A stretch of DNA of 64,000 nt from the NCBI GenBank assembly GCA_963778585.1, contig CAVZUU010000006.1, positions 660 through 64,659 on the forward strand, written 5' to 3'. The stretch comes from an uncultured Gammaproteobacteria bacterium. Lineage in GTDB: Bacteria > Pseudomonadota > Gammaproteobacteria > Steroidobacterales > Steroidobacteraceae. A program made the position numbers and the translations under genes. The notes beneath the pieces were generated by a model, which did no database searches, had not been told where the DNA came from, and worked only from the letters and a program-made list of their open reading frames with translations. Shown here one piece after another: positions 51,627 to 62,571 of this stretch; within the stretch, counting starts at the first letter, position 1; each line of letters starts with the position of its first letter.

Positions 51627-51693
51627 TGGTGCCGGGTCGTAGATTCGTAGATTCGGTCCTGGCTTGAATCTACGAATCTACGACCCGGCACCA
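51627..51693. repeat. 28-bp perfect inverted repeat (hairpin) between convergent genes
   Basis: TGGTGCCGGGTCGTAGATTCGTAGATTC (51627-51654) and its exact complement (51666-51693), with an 11-nt loop. Each arm carries a tandem GTAGATTC octamer. Confidence 0.9.
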
Positions 51694-51705
51694 TTCGGGC
51701 TCGGC

Positions 51706-53865
51706 TTATCGACCGCCCGGCATGTCGAGGTGCTTCACCAGAAATGCCCACTGGTTCGCCCAGTCCTCGACCTGCATCCAGGTCGGCTTTCCTGCGCCAT
51801 GGCCGGCGCGCGTTTCAATACTGACGATGACCGGGTTCGCGCAGGACTGGGCGTACTGAAGCGCCGCGGTGAACTTGAAGCTGTGCCAGGGCACGACGCG
51901 GTCGTCGTGGTCGGCCGTCGTCACGAGCGTCGGCGGGTAGCAGCGTCCCGGCTTCAGGTTGTGCACCGGTGAATAGGCTGCGAGTGCACGGAACTGGTCC
52001 GCGACTTCGACCGTGCCATAGTCGGACGACCAGGCGTAGGCGTTCGCACTCGCCAGGTGATAGCGAAGCATGTCCATGACTCCGACTCCCGGCAGCGTCG
52101 CGCCGAAGAGTTCCGGCCGCTGCGCCATCACGGCGCCAACCAGGAGACCCCCGTTGCTGCGGCCGTGGATCGCGAGCTTCGCGGGCGAGGTGTAATCCTT
52201 CGCGATCAGCCACTCGGCCGCAGCGATGAAATCGTCGAATACGTTCTGCTTCTGCGTCTTCGTGCCGGCGTCGTGCCAGTCGGCACCGTATTCGCCCCCG
52301 CCCCGCAGGTTCGCGACCGCATACGTTCCTCCAAGCTCGAGCCAGGCCGCGACCGCAGCGCTATAGGTGGGCGTCAGCGACACGTCGAAACCGCCGTAGC
52401 CGTAGAGCAGCGTCGGATTGCTGCCGTCCAGCTTCGCGTCCTTGCGGCGCGTGATGAACATCGGCACGCGCGTGCCATCCTTGCTCGCATAGAAAACCTG
52501 CTCCGTGACGTACGGACTCCCGTCGAACGACACAGTCGGCTTGCGGAACTGCCGCACCTCGTCCTTCGCCACGTCGTAGCGATAGAGCGCCAGGGGCGTC
52601 ACGTAATCGGTATAGGCGAAGAAGGTCTCGCTTTCCTTCGGAGAATCCTGGAAGCCGATCGCAGTGCCGCTTCCGGGCAGGCGGATGTCGCGTAGCCGCT
52701 TTCCGTCCACGCCGTAGACGACGAGCTGCGAACGCGCGTCCTCGAGATAGCTCGCGATCACGTGGCCGCCCACGAGGCTGGCCTGGTGGAGTGTCGCCTT
52801 CGCTTCCGGCACGACTTCGACCGGCGCAGACGCGGCTGGGTCGATCGAGATCACGCGGCCACGCGGCGCGCCCTGAGTCGTCTTGAAGTAGAGCCGGTCG
52901 TCCATGGCGCCGAGGAACTCGTAAATGCCGTCCCAGCGGTCGAGCAGGCGCACGATCGGGGCGTCGGGCTTCGACAGGTCGCGCAGGTGAACCGCGTTCT
53001 TGTCGAAACCGAAGAAGATGCCGAACACGAGCCAGCGCCCGTCTTCCGAAAGTGTGGCGTAGGGGTTGTGCCGCGGGTTGTCCGCAATCGAATAGACGTG
53101 CTCGTCGTCCGTCTGCGCCGCGCCGAGCCGGTGGCGATAGACGCTGACCGGCTGCTGGTCGTCGCCCTTCCCGTCTGCGCCCTTCGGATAACGCGAGTAG
53201 TAGAAGGCGCTGGCGTCGGGAAGCCAGGAAACATTCGTGAATTTGGTGTCGCCAATCGCGTCGGGCAGGTCGCGGCCACTTCCGACCTCGCGCACATGCC
53301 AGGTGTCCCAGTCGGTGCCCCCATCGGACACGGCGTAGGCGACGTAGCGGCCATCGGGGCTGATCGAATAGTCGGCGAGCGAAGCCGTTGCATCTTTCGA
53401 AAGCGTGTTCGGATCGACCAGCACCTGCGGCGTGGCGTCGAGCGACGCGGACCAGTAGAGCACTCCCTGGTTCTGGCTACCGCTCTTTTCGACGAAGAAG
53501 TACCGGCTGCCGCGTTTGACCGGCATGCGCGACTTCTCGTCCATCCAGCTGTAGCCGTATTGCTCGTAGTTCCACAACTCGGTCAGCCGTTTCTGGATCG
53601 TCGAACGCGCGGGAATTGCGCCGAGATAGGGCTGCGACACCGAGTTTTCCGCAGCGACCCAGGCCGAGACCTCGGGTGACGCCGTCTCCATCCAGCGGTA
53701 GGGATCGGCAACCTCCGTACCGTGCAGCGACTCGACAACCGTTCCGCGCGCGGCGGCCGGATAATGAAGTACCGCAGCAGCCGCGGTCGAATCGTCCCCG
53801 GCGCTCATGCCGGAAACCGTGAAGAGCAGGCCCATCGCAAGGCCGGATATGACATGCCGGTACAC
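51706..53865 (-). CDS. prolyl oligopeptidase (S9A family), secreted
   Basis: Beta-propeller region plus catalytic GRSNGGLL (the GxSxGG nucleophile) and a DDRV...H triad. The GTG at 53865 gives a signal-peptide-like N-terminus, YRHVISGLAMGLLFTVSGMSA. Confidence 0.85.
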   Translation of the reverse strand: MYRHVISGLAMGLLFTVSGMSAGDDSTAAAAVLHYPAAARGTVVESLHGTEVADPYRWMETASPEVSAWVAAENSVSQPYLGAIPARSTIQKRLTELWNYEQYGYSWMDEKSRMPVKRGSRYFFVEKSGSQNQGVLYWSASLDATPQVLVDPNTLSKDATASLADYSISPDGRYVAYAVSDGGTDWDTWHVREVGSGRDLPDAIGDTKFTNVSWLPDASAFYYSRYPKGADGKGDDQQPVSVYRHRLGAAQTDDEHVYSIADNPRHNPYATLSEDGRWLVFGIFFGFDKNAVHLRDLSKPDAPIVRLLDRWDGIYEFLGAMDDRLYFKTTQGAPRGRVISIDPAASAPVEVVPEAKATLHQASLVGGHVIASYLEDARSQLVVYGVDGKRLRDIRLPGSGTAIGFQDSPKESETFFAYTDYVTPLALYRYDVAKDEVRQFRKPTVSFDGSPYVTEQVFYASKDGTRVPMFITRRKDAKLDGSNPTLLYGYGGFDVSLTPTYSAAVAAWLELGGTYAVANLRGGGEYGADWHDAGTKTQKQNVFDDFIAAAEWLIAKDYTSPAKLAIHGRSNGGLLVGAVMAQRPELFGATLPGVGVMDMLRYHLASANAYAWSSDYGTVEVADQFRALAAYSPVHNLKPGRCYPPTLVTTADHDDRVVPWHSFKFTAALQYAQSCANPVIVSIETRAGHGAGKPTWMQVEDWANQWAFLVKHLDMPGGR

Positions 53866-53912
53866 CGTGCTGACACTCCCGAAAGGACCAGGCGCGCAGT
53901 CTAACAAACCGA

Positions 53913-54797
53913 TCAACGACGGATGGCGCAGCCATGGACGCCCGCCTGCTGCAGGCGTTCGAGGCGCCGCGCGTCGAGGTACCAGCCCGCGAACACGGGG
54001 CGGCCGACCATCTCGCAGAGGCGCGCGAGCAGGCGCTCCGACAGCGGACCGTCGTCCGGCGCGATCACCAGAAAGTGGGCGCCCTCGACCACGGCCTGCA
54101 TGGCGCCTTCGGCATCCTCGCAATGCACGCCGACGAGAAAGGCACCGCTGCGATCCACGTGCAGGTTCTGTCCGAACCAGCGCAGCACGACGCCGTCGCA
54201 GCCCGCGATCGCAGCGGCGCGCACGGCGTCGACGTCGGATCCGGCGACGAAGACGCGATGTCCGGCGGCACGTGCCGCGGCGACCGCCTCCGCGTCGAGC
54301 GCTTCATCGCCGCCTTCGGGCAGGTTCCAGACCAAAGTCTGCGCCGCGTTCCCTTTCAACGCCTTCAGTTCCTCGGCGCGATCCAGGTAGCGCGCGAGGC
54401 GCGGCAGCCGGAGAGCGGTGACGATCGCGCGATCGGCTTCGAGCAGGTCGTGTTTCGGGAGATCGTCGGGCCGGGCCCAGGTAAGCGCCTGCGAGTCGAG
54501 CGGCTGCGGCTCGCCGTCGTAGGCCGTGACCTGCCAGACGTCGAGCAGCACGCGCCGCTCCGGATATTCGTGGCGCAGGCGGATGAGCGGCCGGGCCTCG
54601 CGCACGACGACACCGAGTTCTTCGACGAGTTCGCGCCGGAGCCCGGCGAATGGATCTTCACCAGGCTCGAGCTTGCCGCCCGGGAATTCCCAGCGGCCGG
54701 CCATGTGCCGCCCGCGCGGGCGCTGTGCGATCAATACACGGCCGTCCGCGTCCAGTATCGCGCCGGCAATCACATGAATTTCGGCAGGACCCGCCAT
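53913..54797 (-). CDS. mutT: Nudix hydrolase (MutT-like) fused to a ThiE/TenI-like domain
   Basis: The Nudix box is WEFPGGKLEPGEDPFAGLRRELVEELG. The ~160-aa C-terminal domain has a TIM-like thiamine-phosphate-synthase-family pattern. Confidence 0.8.
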   Translation of the reverse strand: MAGPAEIHVIAGAILDADGRVLIAQRPRGRHMAGRWEFPGGKLEPGEDPFAGLRRELVEELGVVVREARPLIRLRHEYPERRVLLDVWQVTAYDGEPQPLDSQALTWARPDDLPKHDLLEADRAIVTALRLPRLARYLDRAEELKALKGNAAQTLVWNLPEGGDEALDAEAVAAARAAGHRVFVAGSDVDAVRAAAIAGCDGVVLRWFGQNLHVDRSGAFLVGVHCEDAEGAMQAVVEGAHFLVIAPDDGPLSERLLARLCEMVGRPVFAGWYLDARRLERLQQAGVHGCAIRR

Positions 54798-54829
54798 CAG
54801 TGGTCAGTCCTCGCCGGATGCGCGCGCCG

Positions 54830-57601
54830 CTAACCGCCGGCCCGCTGCAGCGCGCCGTGGCAGTGCTTGAACTTGCGGCCCGATCCGCAGGGACAGAGCT
54901 CGTTGCGGCCGACCTTGCGCTCGCCGCGGACGAAGGGCGCCGCGGCGGGCTCGGGCGCAACCGGCTCGTCGCGTGCGCCGGCCGTAACGGCCTGCGGCGC
55001 CTGCGCGGCGAGCTCCGGCGGCGGCGCATGCTGAAGCTGCATGCGGCTTTGCAGCCGCCGCTGGCGCTCGGTTTCCTCGCGCTCGATTTCTTCTTCAGTG
55101 CGCACCTGCAGGCGCTGCAGCAGCATCACCGTCTCCGAGCGAATGCGGTCGAGCATGGCCGTGAACAGCGCAAAAGCTTCGCGCTTGTATTCCTGCTTCG
55201 GATTCTTCTGCGCATAGGCGCGGAGATAGATTCCCTGCCGCAGGTAGTCCATGCCGGCCAGGTGCTCGCGCCAGTGCATGTCGAGCTGCTGCAGCATCAC
55301 CGCGCGCTCGAGATGGCGCATGACCGGCTCGCCGACTTGACTCGATTTTTCCGCATAGGCCGCCTCGATCGCGGCGAGCAGCCGCTCCGCGGCCTCGGCG
55401 CCGTGTCGCGCCGGATCCTCGGTGAGCCAGGCCGCGAGTCCAGTCTGCACGCCGAAATCGCGCTCGAAGGCCTGCTCGAGTCCCGCGACGTCCCACTGCT
55501 CCTCGACGCTGTCCGCCGGAATGAATTGCGCGACGATCGCGTCCACGACTTCCACGCGAACGTCCTTGATGACTCCCGCGATGTCGTCGGTCGACATGAT
55601 CTCGGTGCGCTGGCGATAGATCACCTTGCGCTGGTCGTTCGCGACGTCGTCGTACTCGAGCAGGTTCTTGCGAGCGTCGAAGTTGTGCGATTCGACCTTG
55701 CGCTGCGCGCGCTCGATCTGGCGCGTCAGCATGCCGCTCTCGATCGCCTCGCCCTCGCGCATCCCGACGGTCTTGAGCAGCGATTTCGTGCGCTCCGGGT
55801 CGCCGAAGATGCGCATGAGGTTGTCTTCGAGCGAGAGATAAAAACGGCTCGAGCCCGGATCGCCCTGGCGGCCGGACCGGCCGCGCAGCTGGTTGTCGAT
55901 GCGCCGCGATTCGTGGCGCTCGGTGCCGACGATGTGAAGGCCGCCCGCGGCGATCACCTGCTCGTGCAGCTGCTGCCATTCGTTCTCCAGCTCTCGCGCG
56001 CGGCCCGCGAGCTGCTCGTCGCTCATCACACCGTCCTTGCGCAGCTGGTCGACCTGCCGCGCGACATTGCCGCCGAGCACGATGTCCGTTCCACGGCCCG
56101 CCATGTTGGTCGCTATCGTCACCGTGCCCGGGCGTCCGGCCTGCGCGATGATCATCGCCTCGCGCTCGTGCTGCTTTGCGTTCAGCACCGCGTGCGGTAT
56201 GTCGGACTGCTTCAGGTGGCCGGACAGGTTCTCCGAGGTCTCGATCGAAGTCGTGCCGACGAGCACCGGCTGGCCGCGTTTCACGCAGTCGCGGATGTCC
56301 TCGACGATTGCCTCGAACTTATCCTTCTGGTTCAGATAGACGAGATCCGACATGTCCTTGCGGATCATCGGCATGTGGGTCGGCACGACGACGACCTCGA
56401 GCCCGTAGATCTGCTGGAACTCGAAGGCCTCGGTATCGGCAGTGCCGGTCATGCCCGCGAGCTTGCTGTAGAGGCGGAAGTAGTTCTGGAAGGTGATCGA
56501 CGCGATCGTCTGGTTTTCCTCGCGGATTCGCACCCCCTCCTTGGCTTCGACTGCCTGGTGCAGGCCGTCGGACCAGCGGCGGCCCGGCATCGTGCGGCCC
56601 GTGAATTCGTCGACGATGATGACCTCGCCATTGCGGACGATGTACTCGACGTCCTTCTGGTACAGCACGTGCGCGCGGAGCGCCGCGTTCAGGTGGTGCA
56701 TCAGCCGGATGCTCGCCGGATCGTAGAGACTGTCGCCCTCGCGCAGCAGGCCTGACTGCTGCATGAGCTCCTCGGCCTTCTCAAAGCCGGCCTCGGACAG
56801 ATGGACCTGGCGGGACTTCTCGTCGGCGAAGTAATCGCCCTCGCCTTCCTCGGTCTCCTGGCGCCTGAATCGCGGCACGAGCTCGTTGATCTTCGCGTAG
56901 AGCTCGGTGCTCTCCTCGGCCGGACCCGAGATGATGAGCGGCGTGCGCGCCTCGTCGATCAGGATCGAGTCCACCTCATCCACGATTGCGAAGGGCTGGC
57001 CGCGCTGGACGCGGTCCTCGAGCCGGGCTGCGAGATTGTCGCGTAGATAATCGAAGCCGAATTCGTTGTTCGTCCCGTAAGTCACGTCGCAGGCGTAGGC
57101 TGCGCGCTTCTCCACCTGCGGCTGGCCGCTCGTGATGACGCCGACGGTGAGCCCGAGCGCGCGATAGATGGGTCCCATCCATTCTGCGTCGCGCTGGGCC
57201 AGGTATTCGTTGACCGTCACGACGTGCACGCCGCGGCCTGCGAGCGCATTGAGATAGACCGGCAGGGTTGCGACGAGGGTTTTGCCCTCGCCGGTCCGCA
57301 TTTCGGAGATCTTTCCTTCGTGCAGCACCATGCCGCCGATCAGCTGGACGTCGAATGGCCGCATTCCGACCGACCGGACCGCCGCCTCGCGCGCCGTCGC
57401 AAAGGCCTCCGGCAGGATGTCGTCGAGCGCCTCGCCGGCGGCGAGACGCTCACGGAATTTTTCGGTCCGCAACCGCAGCTCGTCGTCGCGAAGCTTCGAA
57501 AGCGCGTCGGCGAACCCGTTCGCCCGCCTTACGCGCTCGGCGTACTGGCGCAGCAGCCGCTGGTTACGGCTGCCGAAGATCCGCGTAAAGATGTTGAACA
57601 C
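54830..57601 (-). CDS. secA: preprotein translocase ATPase SecA
   Basis: 923 aa. [11 protein letters not shown]alker A, a DEAD-like [11 protein letters not shown] motif, and the C-terminal zinc motif [14 protein letters not shown]. Confidence 0.98.
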   Translation of the reverse strand: MFNIFTRIFGSRNQRLLRQYAERVRRANGFADALSKLRDDELRLRTEKFRERLAAGEALDDILPEAFATAREAAVRSVGMRPFDVQLIGGMVLHEGKISEMRTGEGKTLVATLPVYLNALAGRGVHVVTVNEYLAQRDAEWMGPIYRALGLTVGVITSGQPQVEKRAAYACDVTYGTNNEFGFDYLRDNLAARLEDRVQRGQPFAIVDEVDSILIDEARTPLIISGPAEESTELYAKINELVPRFRRQETEEGEGDYFADEKSRQVHLSEAGFEKAEELMQQSGLLREGDSLYDPASIRLMHHLNAALRAHVLYQKDVEYIVRNGEVIIVDEFTGRTMPGRRWSDGLHQAVEAKEGVRIREENQTIASITFQNYFRLYSKLAGMTGTADTEAFEFQQIYGLEVVVVPTHMPMIRKDMSDLVYLNQKDKFEAIVEDIRDCVKRGQPVLVGTTSIETSENLSGHLKQSDIPHAVLNAKQHEREAMIIAQAGRPGTVTIATNMAGRGTDIVLGGNVARQVDQLRKDGVMSDEQLAGRARELENEWQQLHEQVIAAGGLHIVGTERHESRRIDNQLRGRSGRQGDPGSSRFYLSLEDNLMRIFGDPERTKSLLKTVGMREGEAIESGMLTRQIERAQRKVESHNFDARKNLLEYDDVANDQRKVIYRQRTEIMSTDDIAGVIKDVRVEVVDAIVAQFIPADSVEEQWDVAGLEQAFERDFGVQTGLAAWLTEDPARHGAEAAERLLAAIEAAYAEKSSQVGEPVMRHLERAVMLQQLDMHWREHLAGMDYLRQGIYLRAYAQKNPKQEYKREAFALFTAMLDRIRSETVMLLQRLQVRTEEEIEREETERQRRLQSRMQLQHAPPPELAAQAPQAVTAGARDEPVAPEPAAAPFVRGERKVGRNELCPCGSGRKFKHCHGALQRAGG

Positions 57602-57717
57602 GCGCCTGGGACCTCGGGGCGGAGGGACGGGAAAACAAGCCGACCCTCATGGGGACCGGTTAAAAAACGGGTAGTTTACTACGACCGAAGGCGGAAATTT
57701 TCGTTCGAGCCTGCGGG

Positions 57718-58584
57718 TCAGCGGCGCACGAATGACAGCGGATTCATCGGGCGCCCGTCGCGCAGCACCTCGAAATGCAGGTGCGTGCCGGTCGAGCGGC
57801 CGGTGGATCCCATGAGCGCGATCGCCTCGCCGCGCTTCACGGTCTGGCCGGGCTTTACCAGGAGCTTGGCGTTGTGGGCGTAGCGCGTGACATAGCCGTT
57901 GCCGTGCGTGACTTCGATCAGCCGGCCGTAGCCGCCGTCGGGTCCCGCGTGGCTCACGATGCCGTCCGCGACTGCGAGCACCTGCGTCCCCGGTGCACCG
58001 GCGAAGTCGAGACCCTGGTGATTCGCCTGGTTGCCCTCGAACGGATCCGTGCGCTGCCCGTAGAGCGACGAAATATAGCCTGACTCGACGGGCCGGCCGC
58101 CCGGCACGATCTGCCGCGCGAGCTCGCGCGTCAGGATGAGGTTCTGCAGGGCCGTGAGCTGGCGGCGGCGATCGTCGATCTGCGCGTCCATCGAGTCGAG
58201 CATCGAATCGAGCGCCGGCACGACCGGTCCTTCGCCCGCGCCGGTCTCCGGTCCGCCGAGTGCAGGCGGCTGGTCGAAATCGAACTCGCCGCGCTTCAGT
58301 TTCGCGACTTCCGTGAGTTGCTTGCCGAGCGCGTCGAGCCGGATCAGTTGCGCCTGCATGCGGCCGACCCGCGTCGCGAGCGTCGCGACCTGGACGTCGA
58401 CGTCCTGCTGGATGCGCGCGAGCTGTTCGCTCTGAGTCGCAAGGTCTTCGGTCCAGCGCGCCAGCGTAAACTCGCCGAGCGGACTTTCGGCGCCCCAGCG
58501 GCCGCCGGCGAGCCACGCTCCGGTCACGAGCGCGAGTATCGCGAAACCGGCAGCTGTGCACGCGAGCAGGCGTTTGAGCGTCAT
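57718..58584 (-). CDS. M23-family metallopeptidase with N-terminal anchor and coiled coil
   Basis: HQGLDFAG, DGGYG and GTHLHFEV (the HxxxD and HxH LytM motifs). Confidence 0.88.
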   Translation of the reverse strand: MTLKRLLACTAAGFAILALVTGAWLAGGRWGAESPLGEFTLARWTEDLATQSEQLARIQQDVDVQVATLATRVGRMQAQLIRLDALGKQLTEVAKLKRGEFDFDQPPALGGPETGAGEGPVVPALDSMLDSMDAQIDDRRRQLTALQNLILTRELARQIVPGGRPVESGYISSLYGQRTDPFEGNQANHQGLDFAGAPGTQVLAVADGIVSHAGPDGGYGRLIEVTHGNGYVTRYAHNAKLLVKPGQTVKRGEAIALMGSTGRSTGTHLHFEVLRDGRPMNPLSFVRR

Positions 58585-58694
58585 AATGTGAGCGGGCCTC
58601 TGCGGGCCTTGGACAACCGGCGCACGATGCCAAAAAACTCCTTAAGACTCAAGTACTTTCACGACGCGGTGTTGCCGCGAGGCGGCGTTCGCGC

Positions 58695-58997
58695 GTGAAA
58701 AAACCGACCGCCGTCAGTGACTTGCTCGGACAAGGTCAGGGAATGCTGCGGCGACTCCGTGAGGGTACCGCGGAGGCCGATCGCACGCTTATGTCATTAA
58801 GGCGCGTGTTGCCGTCGGAACTCGCCACCCATGTGTGGGGCGCGGTCCTACGCGACGGAAAACTCACGATCCTCGTGCGCTCGGCCGCCTGGGGCACGCG
58901 GCTGCGCTATGCCGCCCCCGAAGCCGCCAGGGAACTCGCCGCCATGCTCGGCAGCGCGATCGACGAGGTAAAAGTGAAGGTGCGCGCGGAGCGCTAG
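58695..58997 (+). CDS. DUF721 (DciA-like) protein
   Basis: 100 aa. [27 protein letters not shown]...IDEVKVKV fits the DUF721 pattern. GTG start. Confidence 0.65.
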   Translation: MKKPTAVSDLLGQGQGMLRRLREGTAEADRTLMSLRRVLPSELATHVWGAVLRDGKLTILVRSAAWGTRLRYAAPEAARELAAMLGSAIDEVKVKVRAER

Positions 58998-59905
58998 GCC
59001 TGCGCGCCCGCGGCTGCATAGGAAATCGGCGCGGCGCTCTCGTCGCGAAACGTCACTTCCTCCCAGGCCTCGCCATCCGCCAGCATCGTCCGCAGCAGGC
59101 GATTGTTGAGCCCGTGACCCGACTTGAAGGCGGTGTATTCGCCGATCAGCGAATGGCCGAGGAGATACAGGTCGCCGATCGCGTCGAGGATCTTGTGGCG
59201 CACGAATTCGTCCTCGAAGCGCAGACCGTCCTCGTTCAGGATCCGGTAGTCGTCCAGCACGATGGCATTGTCGAGCGTGCCGCCGAGCGCCAGATTCCGC
59301 CCGCGCAGGTATTCCATGTCGCGCATGAAGCCGAACGTGCGCGCACGGCTCACTTCCTTGAGGAATGTGGTCGTCGAGAAATCCATCGTCGCGCGCTGCG
59401 AATGGCGGTGGAATACCGGGTGGTCGAATTCGATCTCGAAATTGACCCGGAATCCCTCGTGCGGATCGAAGCGCGCCCACTTGTCCCCGTCCTGCACTTC
59501 GACGCGCTGGCGCACGCGCACGAAGCGCTTGGGCGAGTTCTGCAATTCGATGCCGGCCGACTGGATCAGGAATACGAACGGGCCCGCGCTGCCGTCCATG
59601 ATCGGCACTTCGCCGGCGGTCAGTTCGATGAAGGCATTGTCGATGCCGAGTCCGGCGAGCGCGGAGAGCAGGTGTTCCACCGTCGACACGCCCGCGCCGT
59701 CATGCGTGAGCGTCGTTCCCAGCGTGGTCTCGGTGACGTTCGTCGCGCGCGCGGGGATGTCGACCGGCGGATCGAGATCCGTGCGCCGGAATACGATGCC
59801 CGTGTTCGGCGGAGCCGGCCTCAATACCATGAGGACCTTGCGGCCGGAGTGCAGGCCGATTCCGGTCGCCCGGATCGCTTCTCTCAGCGTGCGTTGCTGG
59901 GCCAT
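58994..59905 (-). CDS. lpxC: UDP-3-O-acyl-N-acetylglucosamine deacetylase
   Basis: 303 aa from the ATG at 59905. [27 protein letters not shown] and [14 protein letters not shown]. Confidence 0.97.
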   Translation of the reverse strand: MAQQRTLREAIRATGIGLHSGRKVLMVLRPAPPNTGIVFRRTDLDPPVDIPARATNVTETTLGTTLTHDGAGVSTVEHLLSALAGLGIDNAFIELTAGEVPIMDGSAGPFVFLIQSAGIELQNSPKRFVRVRQRVEVQDGDKWARFDPHEGFRVNFEIEFDHPVFHRHSQRATMDFSTTTFLKEVSRARTFGFMRDMEYLRGRNLALGGTLDNAIVLDDYRILNEDGLRFEDEFVRHKILDAIGDLYLLGHSLIGEYTAFKSGHGLNNRLLRTMLADGEAWEEVTFRDESAAPISYAAAGAQA

Positions 59906-60131
59906 GGAAATGCCTCGCGGCAAGTTACCACATCGGAAACCGCGGGGTCGCCGGCCGCCGGCCAGCGGAGGATGGCAGGCGGCCGATGACCCGTTCTCAC
60001 GGAGGCGATGACGGCGGAGCCCGCTCGCGCTCCCGCTCCGCGCGGCGGCCCGAGGCGCGGCGTCGCGCGCGCAGGCGCAGACGTACGGCACGCAAGCCGT
60101 CGCGCTCGCCACGGACGCGGGCCACGGCGCC

Positions 60132-61325
60132 TCAGTCGGCCTGGCGGCGGAGGAATGCCGGGATGTCGAGCACGTCCTCCGAGCCGAAGTCGGCGCGCAA
60201 CCCGTCGCCGACCGCGCGCTGCGGCTGGCGGTGGATCGCCGGGCGATCGAGATGGCTGTAGTCCGGTGCCGGCGCGCGGTGCCTCTGCGCCACCAGCTTG
60301 ACGTCCGCATTGCGGCGCGCCGCCGCAGCCGCAGGCTGAACCGCGACAGGGGCCGCGGCCTTCGCCTTGTTGCGGTTGAGGCCCGTCGCCACCACGGTGA
60401 CCCGGAGCTCGCCCTGCATCTCGGGCTCGATGACGGTGCCGACCACGACGGTCGCATCCTCGGCCGCGAACTGCTTGACGGTGTTGCCGACCTCCTCGAA
60501 CTCGCCGATCGACAGGTCGAGACCCGCCGTGACGTTGACCAGGATGCCGTGCGCGCCGGCCAGATTGATGTCCTCGAGCAGCGGCGACGACACCGCCATC
60601 TCGGCGGCGACGCGTGCCCGGTGCTCGCCCGTGCCGATGCCCGATCCCATCATCGCGAGACCGGTCTCCGACATCACAGTGCGGACGTCGGCGAAGTCCA
60701 CGTTGATGAGTCCCGGCCGCGTGATCAGCTCGGCGATGCCCTGGACCGCGCCCTGCAGCACTTCGTTCGCGCGCTTGAACGCCTCGAGCAGCGTCGTCTG
60801 GCCGCCGAGCACCTGCAGCAGCTTCTGGTTCGGAATCGTGATCAGCGAATCCACGTGCCGCGAGAGCTCCGTGATGCCTGCTTCCGCGATCGAGTGGCGC
60901 TTGTTGCCTTCCATCGCGAACGGCCGGGTGACGACCGCCACCGTCAGGATCCCGAGCTCGCGCGCGACCTGGGCGACGACGGGCGCCGCGCCCGTGCCCG
61001 TTCCGCCGCCCATGCCGGCAGTAAGGAACAGCATGTCGCAGCCCTCGATCAGCTCGATGATGCGATCGCGGTCCTCCATCGCCGCCTGGCGGCCGACTTC
61101 GGGATTCGCGCCCGCGCCGAGACCCTTCGTGATGTTGCATCCGATCTGCAACGACGACTTCACCTGCGAGTGCTTGAGCGCCTGCGCGTCGGTGTTCACG
61201 CAGATGAACTCGACGCCCTCGATGCCGCTCTTCGCCATGTGGGACACGGCATTGCCGCCGCCGCCGCCCACGCCGATCACCTTGATCACAGCCGTCTGGC
61301 TGAAAGTATCCATCAGTTCAAACAT
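60132..61325 (-). CDS. ftsZ: cell division GTPase FtsZ
   Basis: [14 protein letters not shown], the [11 protein letters not shown] tubulin signature, and the C-terminal [11 protein letters not shown]. Confidence 0.98.
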   Translation of the reverse strand: MFELMDTFSQTAVIKVIGVGGGGGNAVSHMAKSGIEGVEFICVNTDAQALKHSQVKSSLQIGCNITKGLGAGANPEVGRQAAMEDRDRIIELIEGCDMLFLTAGMGGGTGTGAAPVVAQVARELGILTVAVVTRPFAMEGNKRHSIAEAGITELSRHVDSLITIPNQKLLQVLGGQTTLLEAFKRANEVLQGAVQGIAELITRPGLINVDFADVRTVMSETGLAMMGSGIGTGEHRARVAAEMAVSSPLLEDINLAGAHGILVNVTAGLDLSIGEFEEVGNTVKQFAAEDATVVVGTVIEPEMQGELRVTVVATGLNRNKAKAAAPVAVQPAAAAARRNADVKLVAQRHRAPAPDYSHLDRPAIHRQPQRAVGDGLRADFGSEDVLDIPAFLRRQAD

Positions 61326-61338
61326 GTCATCTCCTCCG

Positions 61339-62571
61339 CTAGAAGTATCCCTGGAACCACGATTTCATCCTCTCCGTCACCGTCTTCACGCCGTCGCCGA
61401 TGAGTTTCGGCGCCGGCTGGCCGGCATTGACCCGGCCGTAAAGCAGGAGACCCACGCCGGTCGCGTGGATCGGATTGCGCACGACGTCGCCGAGCCCGGT
61501 CACGCCATGCGGGCTGCCGAGCCGGACGGGCATGTGGAAGATCTCCTCGGCGAGCTCGACTGCGCCTTCCATCTTTGCGCTGCCGCCCGTCAGCACGACA
61601 CCCGCGGCGACCGCCTCCTCGAAACCCGAGCGGCGGAGCTCGTCGCGGATCAGCATGAAAAGCTCCTCGTAGCGGGGCTCCACGATCTCGGCGAGGGTCT
61701 GGCGCGCGAGGCGCCGCGAGGGGCGATCGCCCACGCTCGGGACTTCGATCGTCTCGTCGGGATTCGCGAGCTGCGACAGCGCGCAGGCGTAGCGGATCTT
61801 GATCTCTTCGGCGTACGGCGTCGGCGTGCGCATCGAGACCGCGATGTCGTTCGTGACCTGGTCTCCCGCGACCGGTATTACGGCCGTGTGCCTGATCGCG
61901 CCGCCGGAGAACACGGCGATGTCGGTCGTGCCGCCGCCGACGTCCACGAGGCAGACTCCGAGCTCCTTCTCGTCGTCGGTAAGGACCGCGAAGGAAGATG
62001 CCAGCTGCTCGAGGACGATGTCCTCGACCTCGAGTCCGCAGCGCTGCACGCACTTGACGATGTTCTGCGCGGCGCTCTCGGCGCCGGTGACGATGTGCAC
62101 CCGCGCTTCGAGCCGCACGCCCGACATGCCGATCGGCTCGCGGATGCCTTCCTGCCCGTCGATGATGAATTCCTGAGGGAGCACGTGCAGGATCTTCTGG
62201 TCAGCCGGGATCGGAACGGCCTGCGCCGCGTCCATGACGCGTGCGACATCGCCGCCGACGACCTCCTTGTCCTTGATCGCGACGATGCCGTGCGAGTTGA
62301 GGCTGCGCACATGGCTTCCGGCGATGCCGGTGAACACCGAGCGGATCTCGACCCCCGCCATGAGTTCCGCCTCCTCGACTGCGCGCTGGATCGACTGGAC
62401 GGTCGAGTCGATATTTACGACGACGCCTTTCTTCAGGCCGCGAGAGGGATGAGAGCCGAGTCCGATGACCTCGAGACTGCCGTCGGTGTGCATTTCGCCG
62501 ACGAGCGCGACGACCTTGGACGTCCCGATGTCGAGCCCCACGATCAGGTTGCGGTCGGAACGCTTAGCCAT
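61339..62571 (-). CDS. ftsA: cell division protein FtsA
   Basis: MAKRSDRNLIVGLDIGTSKV and DVGGGTTDIAVF (actin-like ATPase). The start at 62571 overlaps the ftsQ end by 8 nt. Confidence 0.95.
   Translation of the reverse strand: MAKRSDRNLIVGLDIGTSKVVALVGEMHTDGSLEVIGLGSHPSRGLKKGVVVNIDSTVQSIQRAVEEAELMAGVEIRSVFTGIAGSHVRSLNSHGIVAIKDKEVVGGDVARVMDAAQAVPIPADQKILHVLPQEFIIDGQEGIREPIGMSGVRLEARVHIVTGAESAAQNIVKCVQRCGLEVEDIVLEQLASSFAVLTDDEKELGVCLVDVGGGTTDIAVFSGGAIRHTAVIPVAGDQVTNDIAVSMRTPTPYAEEIKIRYACALSQLANPDETIEVPSVGDRPSRRLARQTLAEIVEPRYEELFMLIRDELRRSGFEEAVAAGVVLTGGSAKMEGAVELAEEIFHMPVRLGSPHGVTGLGDVVRNPIHATGVGLLLYGRVNAGQPAPKLIGDGVKTVTERMKSWFQGYF

Noticed and set aside
51638-51654. Tandem GTAGATTC octamers as a CRISPR-like or microsatellite array
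   Set aside because: There are only two units per arm, and they are part of a single perfect inverted repeat. There are no spacers.
54650-56755. 701-aa ORF on the plus strand
   Set aside because: It is entirely antisense to secA. Its low-complexity Arg/Ala/Leu-rich translation is typical of open antisense frames in high-GC DNA.
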